From Anaerolineales bacterium (lineage in GTDB: Bacteria > Chloroflexota > Anaerolineae > Anaerolineales > UBA11858): a DNA stretch of 58,903 bases. The translations under genes were made by a program, and so were the position numbers. The DNA lies in contig JAGXKM010000004.1 of the NCBI GenBank assembly GCA_018335275.1, positions 1-58,903 of the forward strand. The letters run 5' to 3'. The notes beneath the pieces are model-generated. The model made no database searches. It had not been told where the DNA came from and was given only the letters and a program-made list of their open reading frames with translations. Positions within the stretch are counted from its first letter, which is position 1, and the number at the start of each line of letters is the position of its first letter. Positions 19,890-27,702 of this stretch are shown here, in pieces.

Positions 19890-20801
19890 ATGATCCTGTG
19901 TTTGTTCTTGACTGCCAGCTGCACTTCGCTGTCTGGACAAAACAAAGGATATGGAAAAACAGAACCGACGACGAGTGTGACCCCCATTCCAACGGAAACC
20001 GTTCAACCGACGAAAAATCCATCACTGACGCCGATGGAGGGGGAAATGAGAGCGAAAACCCCGGTAGAGCAAAACACTAATCAGCCACCCGGCTTTAAGA
20101 TAAAAGTTCTTTATGATAACTACCCTCATCGGAAAGGTTTGAAAACGGATTGGGGGTTCGCTGCTCTTGTGGAATATAAAGAGGAGAAGATCCTGTTTGA
20201 TACAGGTGCCTCGGGTTCTTTGCTGCTCACGAATATGAAAGAGATGGGGATTGACCCTCAGGATCTTGATAAGGTCGTTTTATCACACGCCCATGGGGAC
20301 CATATCGGCGGTTTACAGGCGATATTGAACAGCGGCGGACGCCCGGTGGTCTACCTGCTGCCATCTTTCTCCACCTCCTACAAAGCGGGATTGAGGAAGA
20401 CGGTCAAGGTCGTGGAGGTGAAGCCGGAGCAGAAATTATTTGAGAGGATTTACACTACCGGAGAGATCCATGGTCCACCTCCCGAACAGGCCCTGATTCT
20501 GGATACCACCCATGGTTTGGTGGTGATTACGGGGTGTGCTCACCCGGGTGTGGTGACGGTGGTAAGTTGGGCGAAAAACCATTTCCGCGAAATCCCTACC
20601 CTGGTTTTGGGAGGTTTTCATCTTTTCGATAGGAGTGAGGCCCATCTACGATGGGTGCTTGATGAATTCCAGCGCTTAGGGGTGGAGCGGGTTGCTCCCT
20701 GTCATTGTTCGGGAGTAAGGACCCGCGAGATGTTCGCACGAGAATATGGGGGGCGATATCTCGAGGTGGGGGCAGGGAGGGTGATTGAGATAGAACGTTG
20801 A
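19890..20801 (+). CDS. MBL-fold metallo-hydrolase with lipoprotein-like N-terminus
   Basis: WGFAALVE, LFDTG, SHAHGDHIGG, TGCAHPG, GGFHL, PCHCSG; LTASC lipobox-like; start uncertain (19818 GTG possible). Confidence 0.85.
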   Translation: MILCLFLTASCTSLSGQNKGYGKTEPTTSVTPIPTETVQPTKNPSLTPMEGEMRAKTPVEQNTNQPPGFKIKVLYDNYPHRKGLKTDWGFAALVEYKEEKILFDTGASGSLLLTNMKEMGIDPQDLDKVVLSHAHGDHIGGLQAILNSGGRPVVYLLPSFSTSYKAGLRKTVKVVEVKPEQKLFERIYTTGEIHGPPPEQALILDTTHGLVVITGCAHPGVVTVVSWAKNHFREIPTLVLGGFHLFDRSEAHLRWVLDEFQRLGVERVAPCHCSGVRTREMFAREYGGRYLEVGAGRVIEIER

Positions 20802-20940
20802 TGGGGAATTGTATCTTTGATCGGGGGCAGAGGAAATATTGTTTCCAATACTTGGGTTTTACGTGAATATATTTAAGGATTCTATACAGGTTGAGGATAG
20901 TTTTTGAAGAAAGGGTGTTCTTGATAAGGAGAGTTGTGGC

Positions 20941-21354
20941 ATGGTTGACAAACTTATCCCGTCGAAACGGGCTGGACGTCTTGTGCAGCGCGGTTATCAT
21001 TGATCGGAGGCATTTATGCTCGCCGTTGGCGAGCATGTTTTGGGTGAGTTGGAGGATCGGACGATACAGATGACAACCGGTTTGGGGGGCGGTGTGGGTT
21101 TGGATTATCAGGACCTATGCGGCGCTTTTCTTTCTGGGGTTTTGATCATTGGAGCTGTGTACGGGCGTTCCAGCCCAGATGTGAATGATAGTCACTGCCA
21201 GGAGAAAGTCCTGGCTTATCGCCAGCGATTTCAATCTGCATTTGGCTCTTTGATTTGCGGGGAATTGCGGGAAAGCAAATATGGATCGGGCGGGGAGCAA
21301 CCCTGTTCGGTGCTTGTTGAGCAAGCAGCCTCAATTTTACTTGAAATCTTATAA
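20941..21354 (+). CDS. C-GCAxxG-C-C family redox protein, predicted selenoprotein (UGA at 21001-21003)
   Basis: AAGGAG RBS, ATG 20941, reads MVDKLIPSKRAGRLVQRGYH-UGA-SGAFMLAVG in frame with ORF 21016-21354 carrying GLGGG, CGAFLSG, FGSLIC, PCS. Confidence 0.85.
21016..21036 (+). promoter_or_regulatory. Putative bacterial SECIS hairpin
   Basis: ATGCTCGCC-GTT-GGCGAGCAT perfect 9-bp stem starting 12 nt after the UGA. Confidence 0.7.
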
Positions 21355-22416
21355 CTGCCCGGAGGATGTTCCATTCTTGACCACGTTTAAGAAATCCGCT
21401 AAGAACCCATACGCTGTCGTCATCGTTGTGGGTTCCTCTTCCTGGAGGGTAAGGGTTCCTAGGACATCGCTTTCCACCTGGAGGAGGGCAGAGGTACCGC
21501 TGAGATGGTAAAACGGGGAGGATGGTTCGACCAAACGGGGTTGGACCTGCGCCAGCACCCCGCTTTTGCGGCCCTCCTGACGCTGCGCGGAACAGACCAG
21601 CTTCCAGCGCTTGTTTTTCTCAGCTGCCTCTTTGATTTCTTTTTGGTTGATTTCTCGGATCCCTGTCCTGTCCACATCCGTTAATTTAAGGGGGGTTTTC
21701 ATCAGCACGTTGACCAGGATAGCTGTTTTTACTGCAGCGTCCCATCCGTCCAGGTCCCCGCTGGGGTCGGTCTCCGCGATGCCCATAGATTGTGCATAAG
21801 CAACAGCTTCCTCCTGGCTCTGGCCTTGTTCCATGCGGGTCAGGATCAAGTTGGTGGTGGAGTTAAGGATGCCCCGGATCCCGGTGACCTCTGCAGCTGG
21901 CAGCCCGCATCGCGCCATGGAAAAGACCGGTGCACCGTCCATCACGGTGGATTCAAAGAGAAAGGACCTCCCGCGGTTTCTGGTGAGATCCACCAATTCC
22001 CGGTACCCGTGGACCACGGGTCCTTTGTTCGCTGTGATGACATGCATCCCGCGTTGTAAGGCAGCCCGCAGGTAATCCAGGGCTGGCTGCCCGGTCTGGT
22101 AGTTCACGGGGGTGGATTCGAAAAGGACGTCCGCGGGGCATTCCTGAATGAAGTCCCGGCTGGTTTTGGTTTTGGATGTGCTGATTGGGTCAAGGGGGTC
22201 CCCGGATTGGCGGAGGGAGAGGGCTTTTTCCAGATCGATCCCTGCCGGATCAATGACCCTGCCGTGGCTGCCAGTGGCGATGCCCGTGACCCGGAAAGCA
22301 ACCCCTTTTTCCTCTCTGAGGGTGTTTTCTTTCTCCAACAAGAGCCGGGCAAAGGCCTGGCCCACGTTTCCAAAACCTAACAAGGCCAAATGGTGTTCTT
22401 GTGGGGGGCTGTTCAT
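21349..22416 (-). CDS. hom: Homoserine dehydrogenase (no ACT domain)
   Basis: GFGNVG, ITANKGP, FESTVMDGAP, GILNSTTN, AETDPSGDLDGWDAAVK; GGAGG before ATG 22416. Confidence 0.9.
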   Translation of the reverse strand: MNSPPQEHHLALLGFGNVGQAFARLLLEKENTLREEKGVAFRVTGIATGSHGRVIDPAGIDLEKALSLRQSGDPLDPISTSKTKTSRDFIQECPADVLFESTPVNYQTGQPALDYLRAALQRGMHVITANKGPVVHGYRELVDLTRNRGRSFLFESTVMDGAPVFSMARCGLPAAEVTGIRGILNSTTNLILTRMEQGQSQEEAVAYAQSMGIAETDPSGDLDGWDAAVKTAILVNVLMKTPLKLTDVDRTGIREINQKEIKEAAEKNKRWKLVCSAQRQEGRKSGVLAQVQPRLVEPSSPFYHLSGTSALLQVESDVLGTLTLQEEEPTTMTTAYGFLADFLNVVKNGTSSGQL

Positions 22417-22476
22417 GGAAGATCCTCCCTGAATCAAATCCCGGAAGCGGGCTGGATTTCAGGATCTGGATGGTGA

Positions 22477-23889
22477 CTATGTGCCTTTTTTGTGGCGCCC
22501 TTTGATGGATTTAATGTCCTCTTCGGAGAGATCGGGCACGTCCTCCGTTTCCTCAATGCCCAGGGCCTCCTGCTGCGCTTTCCGCCAGCGCTGGAGACGG
22601 TCCTTGACCTCCTGCTCATAGCCCTGTTCTGAAGGTTGGTAAAAATACGTCCCCAGTAATTCTTCCGGCAGGTACTGCTGGGGTAGGAAGTGGTCCGGGT
22701 GGGAATGAGGATATTCATACCCCTTCCCGTGTCCCAGCGCTTTGCGGTCCCGGCTGGGGTCCTTGAGGTGGGAGGGAACGTTCGTGCGGCTGGAGCGTTC
22801 GATGAGGTCAAAGGCTTTGAAATAAGCGCCGGTGGCGTTGGATTTAGGCGCGGTGGCCAGGTACAGGGTGGCTTCAACGATGGGGTAGACGCCTTCCGGA
22901 AGACCCACGAAGTCGAAGGCCTGGGCAGCGGCGTTGGCTACCACCAGCCCCATGGGATCCGCCAGGCCGATATCCTCCCCGGCGGAGATCAGCAGGCGGC
23001 GGAGGATAAAGCGGGGGTCTTCCCCGGCATAGAGCATTTTGGCCAGCCAATACAGGGCGGCGTCCGGGTCAGAGCCGCGGATGGCCTTGATGAAGGCGGA
23101 GATGGTGTCGTAATGAGCGTCGCCATCTTTGTCATACAGCACGGCCCGGCGCTGGATGGAGTCCTGAGCTACCTCCAGGGGGATGTGGATCTGCCCTTCT
23201 TCATTTTCAGGGGTGGATTCCACAGCCAGTTCCAGGGCATTGAGAGCGTTGCGGGCGTCCCCTCCGGCCACGCGGATCAAATGGTCCTCCGCGTCCTGAT
23301 CCAGAACGATATCCAGTTGGCCGTAACCTCTTTCCTCGTTCCGTAAAGCCCGCTGCAGCAGGCTCCGGATGTCCGCGTCGGTGAGAGATTTCAACTGGAA
23401 GATCCGCGACCTGGAAACCAATGCGCCGATGACTTCAAAATAGGGATTTTCCGTTGTGGCGCCGATGAGGGTGATGGTCCCGTTTTCCACATGGGGCAAA
23501 AGCGCGTCCTGCTGGGCCTTGTTCCAGCGGTGGACTTCATCCACAAAGAGGATGGTCCGTTTCTGAACCATTTTACGCCGCTCACGGGCTCCCTTGATCA
23601 CCTCCCGCAGGTCCGCCTTGCCAGCCATGACCGCGGAGAGGGTCACGAAGTGCGACTCTGTCTTGTTGGCGATGATCATGGCTAGGGTGGTTTTCCCCGT
23701 CCCGGGCGGTCCCCAGAAGATCAGCGAGGAGAAGATGCGATCGGCCTGGATGGCCCGGTACAGCAGCCGCCCTTCACCGACGATGTGCTCCTGCCCCACA
23801 AACTCGTCCAGGGTCTCCGGGCGCATGCGGGCTGCCAGGGGGGCCTTCTTTTTCATGCGTTCTTTCATGGCGTGGTCAAAGAGATCCAT
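22477..23889 (-). CDS. rarA: Replication-associated recombination protein A (RarA/MgsA)
   Basis: [61 protein letters not shown]. Confidence 0.96.
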   Translation of the reverse strand: MDLFDHAMKERMKKKAPLAARMRPETLDEFVGQEHIVGEGRLLYRAIQADRIFSSLIFWGPPGTGKTTLAMIIANKTESHFVTLSAVMAGKADLREVIKGARERRKMVQKRTILFVDEVHRWNKAQQDALLPHVENGTITLIGATTENPYFEVIGALVSRSRIFQLKSLTDADIRSLLQRALRNEERGYGQLDIVLDQDAEDHLIRVAGGDARNALNALELAVESTPENEEGQIHIPLEVAQDSIQRRAVLYDKDGDAHYDTISAFIKAIRGSDPDAALYWLAKMLYAGEDPRFILRRLLISAGEDIGLADPMGLVVANAAAQAFDFVGLPEGVYPIVEATLYLATAPKSNATGAYFKAFDLIERSSRTNVPSHLKDPSRDRKALGHGKGYEYPHSHPDHFLPQQYLPEELLGTYFYQPSEQGYEQEVKDRLQRWRKAQQEALGIEETEDVPDLSEEDIKSIKGRHKKGT

Positions 23890-24210
23890 AGGCCTATTTT
23901 ATCATGGGAGCGGGGAAGGCTCCCGGGGGCTGAAAAATGCGTAGATGACAGCGAGATAAAAGGTGAAAAAAGTCACATTCCGTCCCCATTTCCCCCAAAT
24001 TTGGGTAAAATGTGGCTTTGGAAGTGCGCTTTTCTGTTCCGGAACGCGGTATGGCTGGTGGCTGATCCGGGAGGGTAAGGCGGCTTTCGATCTTATTTTT
24101 TTCGAGGTCAAATTCTATCCCCGGGCTGGATCCTCCCGCCGACAGTGTGGGAAGATAGGTGATTCCAGTGCAGGGGTTGGCCAGATATAGGAACAAAAGG
24201 AGTTCCAGCG

Positions 24211-24846
24211 ATGGCAAAGGTTGAACAAGTTTCAGGGAAAGGGAAGGGAAAACGGATATGGGTTCCGCTGGGAATCGGCTGCGGGGGGATCCTGGCGATC
24301 CTGATCCTGTTGGGGGGAATTTTCCTGTGGGCGGGTTGGCAGGGTTATCAGGAAGCTCCTACATTGATTGAGGGGTCGGTGCCGGGGGGCTCATCGGGGG
24401 TGAGGTACGGCTTGACCCCGGATCAGACGGGGATTCAGGCCGAGCTCGGTGCCCCGGAGGCTTTCACCCTGCTTTTTTATGAAGAAGAAACCCTGGACGG
24501 GTCGCTGCGCGATGTCCGGTTAGAGAGCTGGGATTACTACTCCCGGGGTGTGGGGTACACGTTCATCAACGGTGAGCTGAGCGGAGAGGATGAGCTGGAT
24601 ATAAGTGAAATCGGGCAGCTGGCGCCTATGCCCTATGATCCGGAGCAGTTCGGGGCTTATATGAGTCTGGATGAGGTCCTGGCTGCAGCGGGGTTAGAAA
24701 AATACCTGGAAATCCCCCTGGAGAAGGAGTTTTTGAAAAATGGGGACCTGTATTACGGAGAATCGCTGACCTTTGGCCTGGTGGATGGCGAGCTGCGTTA
24801 TCTGGAAGCCCTGGCCCTGATTGAGGAGGGAGTAACAGATGAGTAA
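24211..24846 (+). CDS. Acidic membrane-anchored hypothetical protein, possibly two BLIP/SmpA-OmlA-like repeats
   Basis: AAGGAG RBS, N-terminal TM, LGAPE..WDYY..YTFINGEL and MSLDEV..LTFGLVDGEL; overlaps next start by 8 nt. Confidence 0.75.
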   Translation: MAKVEQVSGKGKGKRIWVPLGIGCGGILAILILLGGIFLWAGWQGYQEAPTLIEGSVPGGSSGVRYGLTPDQTGIQAELGAPEAFTLLFYEEETLDGSLRDVRLESWDYYSRGVGYTFINGELSGEDELDISEIGQLAPMPYDPEQFGAYMSLDEVLAAAGLEKYLEIPLEKEFLKNGDLYYGESLTFGLVDGELRYLEALALIEEGVTDE

Positions 24847-26230
24847 CACTGGGAAAGCATGGATGCTGTTGTTGGTTTTTTGTTTCAACCTGGTGCCTTT
24901 TGGTATGGGTCAGGCGGAGGGTCCAGGACGGACCTTTGGGGAAGCCCGCGCCCTGCTCTACCTAAGCGACGCATTACTGGAGCAGGAAGCAAATCTAGAC
25001 ACCGCGACGCGTTTTCCGGGCCTGATGGCCCTGGCTCCAGTTGTACGCCAGGCGGAAGGCGCGGAAGAGGTTCTGGGCAGGATGATCCACGCCACCAAGC
25101 AGGAGCGCAATGATCATGACGCCAACTGCCGCCAGCTGAAAAGGCGCTACCAGTCGGCTGGAGATCAAACAGCAGTTCAGAAGCTGGCATCCTATTGTGA
25201 AGGTGAACGCCAGCGTTTATCAAACAGGATCAGTTTTTTACGCAGATTGCGGGGAGGGGATAGGCGCAAAGTGCTGACGCGTTGGTGGCATTCGATCAAG
25301 CGGGGCTCGGCCAACTTGTGGCGCCGGATCGGACCGCTGGGAAGGAACATCCTCAGGAAAGTGGGCGATGAGGCATTCAACACAGTGGCCAGCGGTGGGA
25401 GCTTGAGCGGTGAGGTGGTCCGCCGCTTGGCGAAGCAGGCGGTCAAAAGCACGTTCCGGGAGAAACTGAAACAGATGACCTACCGCGGGGTGGAGCGGCT
25501 GCTTCAGGACCAGATCAACATCGCCCGGGCGGCCGGGGTCCTGGAGGATGAGGAGGGGGATGTGGACCAGTTCGATGATGATGTACTCAGCGAGGGTGAA
25601 GTTCCGGAGTCCTCCGACAGCCAGAAAGAGGAAAATGAGGACTGTACCGGGGACCTCAGCTGGGTGGCACCGTATTGGGAAGAGGTTGTCCAACCGCAGC
25701 TTATTGCCGAAGGCCGGGCCTGCCAACGAACGGCGGTTGCCATGTATAAATCCTGTTTGCAGGATCAAGGGGTCCAGGGGGTATGCCAGGAGGAAGCGCT
25801 GATGACCTGTGAACATCTTTATCGAGCCATCCCGCGTACTGAAACCGGCGGTCCGGTGACGAAGGGAGTAATTGTGATGCACAGTGAAGCCCAAAACCTC
25901 GCGGGGAGCCTGGTTTACAACGGCAGCGGCGGCAGCGGGGTCCGCGGAAAGATCAGCTACATTCTACAGGACCGCCACCTGTGCACGATCAGGATCACCA
26001 GCACGCTCAGCGGCACCTTAGATGTGGACACCTGCACTTTGAGCGGCACAGCCCAGGTCACCGAAGTCTACGAGGGGACGGCCTGTGCCAGCGTGTGCAG
26101 TGGGGGTTCCTGCCCGGTCACGCGCTCGGCTACGGTCCCGTGGCAGGCCACTCTGGAGGATGGGAAGATCCTTGGCGGAGTGAACGGGAACAACAGCAGT
26201 GTCAGCGGGTTTGGGTTTGGGACCCCCTGA
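24839..26230 (+). CDS. Secreted hypothetical protein, paralog A (conserved N-half, Cys-rich variable C-half)
   Basis: GAGG RBS, signal peptide ending GQA, long ORF, paralogous to the next gene. Confidence 0.85.
   Translation: MSNTGKAWMLLLVFCFNLVPFGMGQAEGPGRTFGEARALLYLSDALLEQEANLDTATRFPGLMALAPVVRQAEGAEEVLGRMIHATKQERNDHDANCRQLKRRYQSAGDQTAVQKLASYCEGERQRLSNRISFLRRLRGGDRRKVLTRWWHSIKRGSANLWRRIGPLGRNILRKVGDEAFNTVASGGSLSGEVVRRLAKQAVKSTFREKLKQMTYRGVERLLQDQINIARAAGVLEDEEGDVDQFDDDVLSEGEVPESSDSQKEENEDCTGDLSWVAPYWEEVVQPQLIAEGRACQRTAVAMYKSCLQDQGVQGVCQEEALMTCEHLYRAIPRTETGGPVTKGVIVMHSEAQNLAGSLVYNGSGGSGVRGKISYILQDRHLCTIRITSTLSGTLDVDTCTLSGTAQVTEVYEGTACASVCSGGSCPVTRSATVPWQATLEDGKILGGVNGNNSSVSGFGFGTP
24890..25561 (+). 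repeat. Copy 1 of ~670-bp duplicated N-terminal coding segment
   Basis: Ungapped alignment with 26362-27033; 26 aa differences in 223 codons (hand count). Confidence 0.92.
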
Positions 26231-26310
26231 AACCTGAGCGCTCCAGTTATTGCCCGCCCGGGAAGATGTATGGGGAGAAATATTAACATGGAATGAGGAG
26301 TAGAAAGCGG

Positions 26311-27627
26311 ATGATCTACAAAACGAAATCATGGATCCTGTTCTTAGTATTCAGCCTCAGCCTGGTACCATTTGGTACGGGTCAGGCGGAGGGTCCGGAC
26401 CGGTCCTTTGGGGAGGCCCGTACCCTGCTCTACTTAAGCGACGCATTGCTGGAGGATGAAGCCAATCTGGACACTGCAGCTCATGTCCCGGGGCTGATGG
26501 CACTGGCTCCGGCAGTGCGCCAGACGGAAGGCGCGGAAGAAGTCCTGGACCGGATGATCCACGCCACCAAGCAGGAGCGCAATGATCATGACGCTAACTG
26601 CCGTCAGCTGAAGAGACGCTACCAATCGGCGGGCGATAGGACAGCAGTCCAGAAGCTGGAGACTTACTGTAAAGCGGAACGTCAGCGGTTAACAAACCGG
26701 ATTAGTTTTTTACGCAGGCTGCGGGGAGGGGACCGGCGCAAAGTGCTGACGCGTTGGTGGCATTCGATCAAGCGGAACTCGGCCAATTTGTGGCGCCGGA
26801 TCGGTCCAGTGGGGAGAAATATCCTCCGCAACGTGGGGGATGAGGCTTTCAATGTGGTTTTCAGCGGGGGGAGCTTGAGCGCTGAAGTGGTCCGCCGCTT
26901 GGCGAAGCAGGCGGTCAAGAGCACGGCCCGGGAGAAGTTGAAACAGATGGCCTACCGCGGGGTGGAGCGCCTGCTGCAGGGCCAGATCAACATCGCCCGA
27001 GCGGCTGGGGTCCTGGAGGATGAGGAGGGAGACCAGGATGCTCAAGACAGAGGAGAGAGTACGTGCCAGACGGATTGGTGGTCCACCTCATTCTGGGAGA
27101 ATGAAGTCCTGCCTGATTTGCTGAACTCCGACAAACGCTGCGGGGACTTCCAACCCTACCAGGTTTGCCTGGAAGAACGCGCCAGAGCGGGGGACTGCTT
27201 TGAGGATGCCTTTGCCACTTGTGAAACGGCATACCAGGACATCCTTTCTACCAGCTCTGGAAAGGTTGTTAAGATTGTCGATGATCAGTTCTACCACCGG
27301 GATCATGATAACCATTTTGATCTGAGTTTTTCATTAAGTGGAGGACCCGTCACAGGAAGTCTGTTGATTGACTATCAGACCGATTATGGGGACGGGGATT
27401 ACTGCCGGGTGACTGTTGAAAAGATTTATCAGGGGACCTTTGATCCAGCGACCTGTGTCCTGTCCGGGACCGTCGCTGTAGCGCAAAGGCATGAAGAGAC
27501 CCGCAATGATATCTGCTGGGGAGACCCTTTTGAGCGGGTGGAAAACTGGTCCATGACCATCAAGGATGGAGTTATCAGGGGTACGCCTGGAACCAAGGTG
27601 TATCCGCTCTCCGTGTATCTCGAGTGA
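26311..27627 (+). CDS. Secreted hypothetical protein, paralog B
   Basis: GAGGAG 9 nt before ATG 26311, signal peptide ending GQA, N-half ~88% identical to paralog A. Confidence 0.85.
   Translation: MIYKTKSWILFLVFSLSLVPFGTGQAEGPDRSFGEARTLLYLSDALLEDEANLDTAAHVPGLMALAPAVRQTEGAEEVLDRMIHATKQERNDHDANCRQLKRRYQSAGDRTAVQKLETYCKAERQRLTNRISFLRRLRGGDRRKVLTRWWHSIKRNSANLWRRIGPVGRNILRNVGDEAFNVVFSGGSLSAEVVRRLAKQAVKSTAREKLKQMAYRGVERLLQGQINIARAAGVLEDEEGDQDAQDRGESTCQTDWWSTSFWENEVLPDLLNSDKRCGDFQPYQVCLEERARAGDCFEDAFATCETAYQDILSTSSGKVVKIVDDQFYHRDHDNHFDLSFSLSGGPVTGSLLIDYQTDYGDGDYCRVTVEKIYQGTFDPATCVLSGTVAVAQRHEETRNDICWGDPFERVENWSMTIKDGVIRGTPGTKVYPLSVYLE
26362..27033 (+). repeat. Copy 2 of ~670-bp duplicated N-terminal coding segment
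   Basis: Matches 24890-25561 up to codons VLEDEEGD. Confidence 0.92.
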
Positions 27628-27702
27628 TTTCCTGTCTGAAAAGCGGGGATTTTGCGGGGGAGGTCAGGGGATTTTTGGAAGAAAGGTCCCCGGAAATGTG
27701 CT

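Noticed and set aside
24839-27627. Diversity-generating retroelement explanation for the paralog pair
   Set aside because: No reverse transcriptase in the window; differences are not adenine-restricted; the near-identical part is the N-terminus rather than a short C-terminal VR/TR pair
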